NCBI GenBank assembly: GCA_016748015.1
Contig: JAAOMT010000648.1
Location: 62,001-126,000 of the forward strand
Origin: Geosiphon pyriformis uo1
Taxonomy: Eukaryota > Fungi > Glomeromycota
Direction of reading: 5' to 3'
DNA length: 64,000 nt
Shown: piece by piece, positions 40,221 through 49,628 of the stretch
Position numbering within the stretch: position 1 is the first letter of the stretch
How the letters are laid out: the number at the start of each line of letters is the position of its first letter
Program-made: the position numbers and the translations under genes
Notes under the pieces: generated by a model
Databases searched by the model: none
What the model was told of the DNA's origin: nothing
The model's input: only the letters and a program-made list of their open reading frames with translations

Positions 40221-40547
40221 ATGAACAACCACCTTTACAAAAACCTCAGCCAATACTTAGAAACACTACAAATAGATGAAGAAATGCCAGTAAAAGAGCT
40301 AATTAAGCTCCAAAAATTAGCAAAACACTATTTCATCCAAAATCACATACTTTATTACCGGAATCGACAAAATCCAGATAATCCATTAAGAGTTATAACC
40401 ACGGATGAAAAAGAAACTATCTTATTTAACATGCACTCAGATATTCATTCAGGCCACTTTGGAAAAACAGCAACCATCCAACGTGCAATTAGCTATTACT
40501 ATTGGCCAAAAATGAGCTCAGACATAATCCAATACATAAGAAATTAA
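40221..40547 (+). pseudogene. Element A integrase N-terminus, own ATG, truncated before CxxC and DDE
   Basis: MHSDIHSGHFG...YYWPKMSSDIIQYI, then runs directly into the pre-PPT motif. Confidence 0.9.
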
Positions 40548-40573
40548 CTTCGATTTCGACGGAGCTCAATCTT

Positions 40574-40588
40574 GAAAGGAGGGGATAA
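40574..40588 (+). promoter_or_regulatory. Polypurine tract of A (GAAAGGAGGGGATAA)
   Basis: Purine run immediately 5' of the 3' LTR. Confidence 0.9.
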
Positions 40589-41400
40589 TGTTACAGTTTA
40601 AGAATTTAGCAAAAAGAATCATAAAAATAATACAAACTATTCAATCATAATATAACACAGTAATAATCTTAGAAAGGTAATGATTAACATAATAGCAAAC
40701 ACCATCTCGTGATAGTGGCAAGCACCAGTTCACAATAGCAGCCAACACCAACTGGTGATAGCAGCAAGCACCAGGTTGAAATATCAAAAAGAAAGTATTT
40801 TCTCGTAGAACTACAAACATGTATATATACAGTAGTTTTAATATTGGGAAAGGAAAAATCAAGTAATAAAAATCATAACTTATCAAGCAATAGATCCAAT
40901 TTTATCCAACAAACTCCACTTTAAATCATACTTTCAAATTAAATATCCCAAGAAACCTTTAAAAATCAAAAAGAAATATTTAAAACTGAACTATCACAAC
41001 CCAAAGTATTAAGAAACTTACTTGTATTATTTATTGAATGAAACTATCATTCATCAACTGAAACCCTTGGAAGAANNNNNNNNNNNNNNNNNNNNAAGCG
41101 CTAAAGACCATTAATATTCTGTGTTTCTAGATTAGAGAAACACATCAGGCAATTGCAAGGATAGCCTCAGAGAAGACCCCAAACAGTGGGTAGATTTCAG
41201 TTCAGCCTCTGAGAAGGAGTACATAAACACACACAACAATCAAGAATTAAAGAATAACTTACATCGCAACAGTAAAAAGAAAGCCTTCAGTGTAACAGTG
41301 ACATTATCACACAAATAGAATTAAGGAACTCACAAAAGACTGATTGCAATTAAAGTGGGATATCAGCAATTAAATATAACAAGAAAACCATCCCGTAATA
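40589..41400 (+). repeat. Element A 3' LTR (contains an assembly gap)
   Basis: Direct repeat of 33535-34400. Confidence 0.97.
41076..41095. other. Assembly gap (20 N); about 65 bp missing by comparison with 34031-34095
   Basis: N run; both flanks match the 5' LTR. Confidence 0.95.
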
Positions 41401-44195
41401 TCGCACTGAATTTTGGACTGGGTTTTCTACTTTTTTTGCTGCTGGGGTCTTTGTCGATGACATGATTTGGATTGGCAGCAGTCAGACTGCTACTCAACAT
41501 ATTCTTAATATTGCTAGTGAATTTTTTTGAATTAATGACATTTCAATCAACAATGACAAAACTGTGGCCATTCCTATTAATAGCAGGATCAGCAATCTGT
41601 CTCTTTTTATCAGTGGTTTACCCATTTCCATAGCCAAAAAAGGCAAATCTCATCAGTATCTTGGCATCTTTCTTTCATCTGATGGTCTTTCTAAGCCTAG
41701 TTTGGCTAAGGTGCATTCAAATGTTCATTTTTTCAGCAATTTGGTTTTAAAGAAAGCAGTTTCAGATAAGCAGTTCTTGTACCTGGTGTTGGCAGTTCTC
41801 TATCTTATAGTCAGCTACAGGATGCAGTTCAGCTTTATCCCTGTTAGTGTGTGCAACAAGTGAGATGCTCTAATTCGCAAGGGTTTGAAACTTAAATCTG
41901 GTCTTCCTCTTGATTTTCCTAGTAACACAATTCATCATTCTTCTTTTTATGGTTTGAAGTCTTTCTTACAATGTCAGTTTGAAAGCAAGGTTGCTTCACA
42001 TATTAGTTTTGCAAACTCCTGCAGGATTCTGGGTCAATTGTTTAGTCACAGATTTTATGACTTGCAAGTTCTGTGTTGGCACCCCATTCATCCATTAAGT
42101 TCACCAGCTCGTATCCGTGTTAGTGTTTCCAATAATTTTTTGTCAGGAATGGTACGCATTCTTCTTGGGTGCAATTTGTCTTTAGGTGGCTCTTTGGCTA
42201 GCTCTTTTCGGTTTCGTGATGGGGTGCCCATATCTACTGTTCTGGGCAAATCCTTGTTTTTCAAGTACTTGCCTTCTCTCTGGCATTATGGCATTGCCTT
42301 TGTGGATCAGCTTTGGGATCATCATGGAGATATCTTTGATTGGTACACCTTTAAGCGGTGGAAGAAACTGGATCCTCGTGGCCCAGTTCCTGAGTGGTTC
42401 AGGCACTCTGTTGTATTTCTTAATGGTGCACCTCTCTCTCTTTTGGCTTTGGGTGGTGTTGGCCCTGTGGACATTCATGGTTCTGATGATTTTGTGTCTG
42501 TATGTGATCATCTTTCTCGGGTTAGTGCTGATAGTTTGTCTGTATATACAGATGGGTTGGTGAAAAATTTGGGCATGGCTGGTTGTAGGACTGGGGCTGC
42601 TGCCTTTTTTGAAGACATTAACTTGGGTTTGGGTGTCTGTGTTCAGGATTTGATGTTGTCTACTTTGGCGGAGTTGCAGGCTGTAGCGTTGGCTCTGAAG
42701 TGTGTGCCTGTAGATTGTTCTGTTTGCCTGTTTTCAGATAGCCAGGCAGCTTTGGATGCTTGCAAGTTGGAGGTGAACTTGATGTATTCTGACTTTCGAA
42801 ATCGGTGTTGGGTTGAGTGCCAACATATTAGGAATATTATCCACAAGAAAAATTTGAGGGTTAACTGGCACAAGGTTAAGGGCCACTCTGGTGTGTTGGA
42901 AAATGATTGTGCTGATAGCATTGCTGATGCTGCAGCTCTTTCTGTTTGGCTTCTTTCTTCTCATGTGGATGAACATTTTTTGTTGGCAGATGGTGGTATT
43001 GTTTCTGGTAATTCTAGACACTTTGTTCAAGATGTTTTTCGTGCTGTCTGTTGGGCATGCTGGGAGATTGGTTCTGGTTCTGGGTTTCTAGCTAGTAATT
43101 TGCACTTGGATGTCGATTGGCTTATCTCTTCCAGAGTTTGGCATCTTGATTTGCATATGGCAACTGGTTTCACCAGCAAGCACACTGCTGATATTTGTAC
43201 TTACCTCATAAAGACTTTGCATCATCGGCTTCCCGTGGCTGTTCGAAAGCGTATTTATGATAAATGTTACCCTAGTGTTTTGTGTCTGTATTGTGGTGAG
43301 GTGGAAGTGTCTGATCACATGTTTTCTTGTATAATTGATGATGCGGCTCATCGTCAGGTTTTGGAATTCTGTATGTCTTCTTGAATGGTGCTTTCTGGTC
43401 TCTCCCTCCCTTCTTCAAGCATTTTACAGCTGCTGTCGACCTGTGCTTCAGATTTTCTGGTGTTCTCGGCTCTTTGCAAGGGTTTTGTTTTCAAAGAATG
43501 GCTTCAGAAGGCTGTTTCCATCTTCCGTAATCCCAAAATTGCTGGCATTAAAATTGCTGATTTTGTACACTTTATTTGTATCACTTTCAGGGATGACATT
43601 TGGTTGGTCTGTGCTAAGCATCGTGCATACATGGAAAAGAATGGCCTGATCCTGGTGGATGGCTTGGTTCCTGCCTCACTTTCTGGTTTGGTGTCAAGAT
43701 TCTTGAATGGCGTGGTTAGGCTGCTTGGTGTTACTGAAGCTTTTGGCATCCATTTTGGCTTTCACAAATCTTGCTCTTTTTTTTCAGGTATTGGTAACCC
43801 AGTTTCAGTTAATATAATTGTGTAGTGTTGTTCTGACTGGCTCGAGTGGCTGGTCACGTGTGAAAAATGCATGATTCACGCCTAGTTTAGATCATTTCTT
43901 TGATGTATAGTTTTAGGTAGTGTTTGGATCTTGCTCGTTAAATAATAATAATAAAAAAAAATATTTTAATATTAAGTTTAAATATATGTTAAACAAAATT
44001 GTTTTTTTTATTTTATTATTATTTTTAATAAATTGTTTAATTTTTATTGGTTTTTTTAATATAATGTATTTTGGCAAATAAAATAATATTTAAATTAATA
44101 ATAAAATTAAAAAAAACTTCTTTTTTTCCTTTATCCAAAATTCTCAAAAGGGAGTCAAAAAGTTTTTTCTAAAAAAAGTCTTTTTACAATTCAGT

Positions 44196-46055
44196 ATGAC
44201 AAATCCAAACTCTTTTTGCTTAATTATGAAGCCACTGTTGGTTGTAGTATTGCTGTAATGAAGAAATCTGTTAAAGGCTTTGGTCTTGTTAATAGTAAAA
44301 AAAGTATTGAAAAGAATATTGCTTTTAGAAAGAAAAAGAAAGATAGTGTTTTGAAGAATAGTATTGCTAGTAAACTCATCTTGTCCAATAAAGCTGTTGG
44401 TAATTCTTGGGAGTCTGAAGCTGGTAATACTACTAAATCCAATAGTGTTGATATAGAAGAGAAGTGTTTGGTAAAAAAAACCAGTGTGAATTATGGTAAA
44501 AAGAGTTTGTTTATAGAAGGCAATTCCAACCAAACACCAAAAAGTTCGAGATTGGTGACCAAAAAGTCTTGGATATATTATTGGGAAAAATCAATTTTTT
44601 GGATAATATTAGTAATAATAACATTCTTTTAGATACTCCGGTAATTCTCTCTCTTTCTCTGAAAAATTTGGTCAATGTTTCTGTTTGGAAATTTTTTGCT
44701 ATAGATATTGAACTGGACAAGATGGCTGGGAAATTTTCTTAGAAAAAGCTGGTGGTGGTCAGAAAATTATTCTCAAAAGTCAATGGTTTTGGGGGAGGCC
44801 TTTACTTCCTCAAAATTTTCAGGGATTATCTGTGCTTTCTTCACTTCTGAATCTAGTTTGGCACAGACTACAGAAAAGGCAAAAGCAGTGAATATTTTGG
44901 TTAATACTAATCTTAAGAGATCAGCTAGTCATTCAGATCAAACTGGTGATAAAGAAAATTCCAGTTGGAATTTCGGCTGAGGCTGTGCATATTGCATTTT
45001 TTGAATTTGGTTCTGTTGTGTTGATTAAAATGCAGTTGGTAGGACTTTGGCAAAAGGCTGTGGTGAAATTTGCCCAATCAGATCAGGCTGATTTGGTTGC
45101 AGTTAGATGGTTTATTTTAATTGAGAAAAATGCCATAAGAGTGGCCAAGGCTAATACAGACAAGAAATCATGGGATATAAGGGATCAGCATAGGACTTTG
45201 CTTTATATACTTCTAATAAGCACCAATGTTCATGATATCTGGGACTTTATTGGCTCTGTGGGTAGAAAAACATGTATTATTGATCAACATCCTGTTATAT
45301 ATGCCTGAGCCAGGTGTGCTGTTGTTTGTTTTGATTTTGTTGTTTTAATTAATGCCATCATGGAAACTACACCTGTCTTAAAGGATGTTAATTTGCACTG
45401 GTTTTATCTGGGTTTTGCTAAGTGTGCTAAGTATGGAAAATTGGGTCATATCTTTCTGAACTGTTCTGTAAATAGAAATGTTTCTCCTAGTGGCCCATCT
45501 CATAAGATATTGTCAAATGATGATAAAAGCAGACTGGCTTCCATTTATGCTAAACACTCTGCTCTAATCTTCTATCTGGTTTCTTTTGGTGGTGCCTCTT
45601 AGACCAATGTTGTTAGTAGATCTTTATTTCTTTTTCTTTCTGTATGCAATGGCTTAGCTGTTTCTGGTTTTTTTTCAGAGATAAAACCTACCTTGATAAT
45701 GTCTATAGAATTGAACAATAGGTTTGCTGCTCTTGAGCATAGTTTTGCTAGTCTCATGGAACATGTTGACAAGTTGGCTAAGAGATTAGACTTACCTGGG
45801 CCAATAGTTTCTTAGTCTAGCCTTGAATGTTAGCCATTGGTGACCCCTTTATCACAGAATCAAGGAGTGGATATAGTGATAAGTGAGAGTTCAGATGTGG
45901 TCACTAGTAATGAGACTATTGTAAAAGCAGCAGTTTTTAATTTTTTAGTTATTTTTAAAATGGAAGATACTCTAAACAATCTTTTGATTATAGTTATGAG
46001 TCTTTCAGCCAAAATAGACAATGCTGGTTTGGTTTCTGCTATTCTTTTTTCTTAA
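44196..46055 (+). pseudogene. LINE-5 ORF1, disrupted
   Basis: IKMQLVGLWQKA; CAKYGKLGHIFLNC. Confidence 0.85.
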
Positions 46056-46621
46056 TAATAGATCTAGTTTGGAAATTTGCAACATGCAATATTTGTGGTA
46101 TCAATGTTTCTGCCAAGCAGAAAGACATTGTTTGTTAACATATAGAATCTGGAAGTATAGTTTCTATTATTATGGAAACAAAGTTGAGATCTAATATTAG
46201 GCCATAAATTATAAACAAGTTTAATGGGATGAGAATATTCTCTTTCAGTTTAAACAAAGGGTTTCTTGGTGCTGAAATGGTGATTATTATAAACAATTCT
46301 CTTGCATATCATGTTTTTAAGATTGAAGAGATTTCTGGTCATCTTATTTCTGTTTGGCTCCTTTTTAAGGGCAAGATGTTAATAGTAATTTTGGGCCTAT
46401 ATACTGGTGCTTCTGCTGAGACCAGGTTTGGCCAAGCTTGTGAAATCAACTCTTTTATTGTCAAGGCTGTTAATTCTTCTATATTCACAGTTCTAGGTGA
46501 AAATTTCAATGAAAATGGATCTAAGAAAAGTGCTAGTTTTAAGTTCTGCTTGGATTTGAAATTGGTTAATTTCTTTGGTAAACACTCTCTGGTCAAAGCT
46601 TCCACTTGAAGCAATTCACGG

Positions 46622-47505
46622 TATTACAGATGATTATTTGGAGTCTCAAATCAAATAACAAATTCATAACTTGGTGCTCAATATCTTGACAATGCTGGTG
46701 ATACTAGTATGTTGATTGTATCTGAAGGTTTTAGAGTTGAGTCCTTTGTATAATGAACAGAGATTTAATAATGATATAGTTGGTTGGTAAGTTGTGTTCC
46801 CAATTTCTGTCTTCAGCTTGGTGGCCAGTTTATTCTGGCAGTCATGCCCTTCTGGTAAGCTATCCATTAATATATATATAATTTTACCCTTATTTCTGGG
46901 TCTTTTACCAGGCTATCCATGACATCAATTACTTAGCACTTTAATCCTTAATTAATTAGTATACTACAGTAAAAATCAAAGAAAAAAAGAAATAAAAGAA
47001 AATAAAAAAATAAGCCAAGGCAATGTGCACATTAGTATCTTGTCAATAGTCATAATCAAGAGCTATTGTTCCAGTGTGGTTAGATATCAATTACTATCAA
47101 CATAAAGTGTTGATAGTGGGAAGTGGATTTGGATAGTGAATGATTTATTTATTTTAATATTTGTAAATAGAAGATTTCTTACTAAAAGATTTTTTTTTCT
47201 ACTTCTAACATTACCACTATATATACATAATTGATGTTCTATAAGATTGCTCACATTCTTGAGCAATATGCTATAATTTCTTGAGCAATGCTCATATTGC
47301 TGAGTGATGTATTCTAATTTTCCAATATTGCTCCATATTGCTGAGCAATGTGTCATGTTTTCTGACATTGCTGCACATTGCTGAGCAATGTGCCATGATT
47401 TTTATCATTGCTCTACATTGCTGAGCAATGTGCTTATGTACTACATACTATTCACTCATTGGTCTACTATTCTCTTTATATCTGTTTTTCTTTTTATGAG
47501 TAATA
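46622..47505 (-). repeat. Element B 3' LTR
   Basis: Direct repeat of 56779-57659; termini decayed to TATTAC...GTAATA; PPT (reverse complement) at 47506-47521. Confidence 0.95.
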
Positions 47506-47519
47506 TTATTTCCTCTTTT

Positions 47520-48155
47520 TTAATATTGAGCTCCATTGAAATTTTCATTCTAAATTAGCTCTAATACTTCTTTTTCTAGTATTGTTTGTTCGACTTTATT
47601 TTTCATGTCTTCTATTTGTACATTGTTCATTCTTCCCTATTGGTTAATAGTTATGGTTTCTATGTCAGAGTGTAACAGTATTTCTGGATAGTTCTGAAAT
47701 ATATTGTGCAGTCAGTAAATTGTTCTTACATGTAGTGTTAAGTTCGTCTTTTTCCCAATAAATTCTTCAATTTGCTGTATTATGTTTTGGTTAAATATCC
47801 TCTTGGATTTGTCAATATACAACTCTTGAATATTTAACTTTCGACCTAACTGATAGTAATAGTATGATATTGGAAGTTGTTTTGTCTATTGCTTCCAATT
47901 TTCTTTTGTAAGTTTTTCTGTTGATGCCATAATAGGTATTTTTCCAAAAGTGTTCTTTACTTTTTTTATTATTTTATCTGACCAGTTTTTATCATTCTTT
48001 GGTAACCGCTGATATGGTGTATTCTTTGTCTTTCTTTTGGTGTTTTGATAGCAAATTGTTTGGTTGTTAACAATAATTTCTATGTCTAAAGGTTGTTAAC
48101 TTAAGACCTGGAATAATTGTTGAGTTATAATGTGAATATAATCTGGTATTTCCAT
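47520..48155 (-). pseudogene. Element B ORF3, unknown function, about 211 codons, 5 internal stops
   Basis: Read by hand in one frame from ATG 48155 to TAA 47520: MEIPDYIHIITQQLFQVLS*...YYYYQLGRKLNIQELY...RTIY*LHNIFQNYPEILLH...NENFNGAQY*. Every internal stop is one transition from CAA/CAG/CGA/TGG. Confidence 0.65.
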
Positions 48156-48219
48156 TTTTTTTCCTTGGTTGTCTTTGTTGTGTATACTGTGTTTTTATAT
48201 ACTCTTTCATTGTTTGATT

Positions 48220-49595
48220 TTATGTGTTTGGTCCAATGATTATAATTGGTTCTAGATCTTGTGGAATCTTCTTTGGTTGAACTAGTATTCATTGTACTTC
48301 CAATTGTAGAATGTTATTGGTGAATGATAATGCTATTTGGTAATATGGTTTCAGTCGATTACTATGTGCTGCTTTGGTTAAGATTTTGTTGTTCTATCTT
48401 AATTTATAAGCTCCATTTCCAAGAATTTCTTCATGTAAAATGTTCTATCCCATTTGAGGTCAAATTTTCCACTCCATTGTTTTTCCACTTTGGTACAATA
48501 TAGAAGTACTTTGTCTTCAATCTTGAATTCAACTGGTTTATCTGATAATTGGTTATTGTGTTGTTCTTTTTGCTTTTCTTGAGACTTTTGAATATTATCA
48601 GCTGCTTTTTGTCATCTGTTTTCTAGTGTTTTTATTAGGTCATATGTTCTTTTCAACAATGTTTCTTGGAAATTAGCTTCTGTTATTGGTTCAGTTGGAT
48701 ATGTGTTGATCTTTATCTCAACTGGTAATGTTGCTGTTCTACCATATACTAATTTAAATGGTGTTGCTTGTGTAGTATCTTGTCTCATTGTTCGATAAAC
48801 AAATAATACTGATGGTATAAACAAATCCCATTCATCTTGGTTTTTTTGACTGATTTTGGCAATTGCTTTACACAATATTCTATTGAATCTTTTAACTAGT
48901 CCATTGGTTTGTGGATGATATAGTAATAATAATGGTCTTTTTATCCCAAATCTCTGACTTAATTCTGTTAATGTTTTATTCACAAAATGAGTTTTTTGAT
49001 CTGATAGTAGTTCTTTTGGACATCCATGTTAACATATCAAATCTTAATAAACAAATTTGGCAATGGATTCTGCATCTGCTCTTTAAATGGTTTTTGCTTC
49101 TGGTCATTTTGTGAGATAGTCCATAGCTACTGCAATATATCTGTTGCTTCTACTGGTGATTGTTAATGGTCTGACTAAGTCAATTCCAATGTGATCAAAT
49201 GGTTGTCCTACTTTGATTGATCTTAATAGTTCACTGGATTTTGTTCCACCTCTTCTTTGACAAGCATCACAACTTTGAACATATTGTATAATGTCTGGAT
49301 ACATTGATGGTCAATAGTATCTTTTTCTGGTTCTTTCTATGATTGCTTTTTTATGAAAATGTCCTGCTGTTGGATCTAAGTGCATGTTAAACAATATTGT
49401 TTCTTTTTCTGATTTTGTAATTACTCTGGTTGGTTGGTCTGAATTTCTTCTGTTTTTCTGGTAAAGTATATTTTGATGATTGATGAAATATTTTGATTGC
49501 TGTTTTATGTTGTTTTGTTCTTTTTGAGATAATTTCTCCTTGAACGATTGAGTATTTATATAATGCTAGAGTTGTTGGTATTTTTGTGTGTTTAT
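48220..49595 (-). pseudogene. Element B integrase, separate ORF, decayed
   Basis: MHLDPTAGHF, CDACQRRG, IGIDLV, MDYLTK, YHPQTNGLVKRFN, TPFKLVYGR, C-terminal RLKPYY; no chromodomain seen. Confidence 0.9.
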
Positions 49596-49628
49596 CTTTT
49601 ATTATATTTTTTTTGGGTTGAAATGTTT

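Larger units (their letters stand above)
33535..41400 (+). mobile_element. Gypsy-type LTR retrotransposon A (young; integrase core and ORF3 deleted)
   Basis: Near-identical LTRs; PBS; PPT; PR-RT-RH-IN order; TSD TCAC (33531-33534) / TCGC (41401-41404). Confidence 0.97.
31276..43825 (+). pseudogene. LINE-4 ORF2 (31276-33534 and 41401-43825): APE-RT-RNase H-CCHC
   Basis: GGDFN, MIDYV, ETDH, QKAYD, VFVDD, YTDG...AELQA...DSQAA...KVKGHSG, CLYCGEVEVSDHMFSC. Confidence 0.95.
29340..43957 (+). mobile_element. LINE-4: full-length non-LTR retrotransposon, interrupted in RT by Gypsy A
   Basis: 14-bp TSD AAAATATTTTAATA (29326-29339 / 43958-43971); (TAA)n-poly(A) tail; the RT frame is restored exactly when A and one 4-bp TSD copy are removed. 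Confidence 0.97.

Noticed and set aside
47246-47432. CRISPR-like palindromic repeat array
   Set aside because: The spacers are themselves repeats, the array lies inside both LTRs, there are no cas genes, and the context is eukaryotic.
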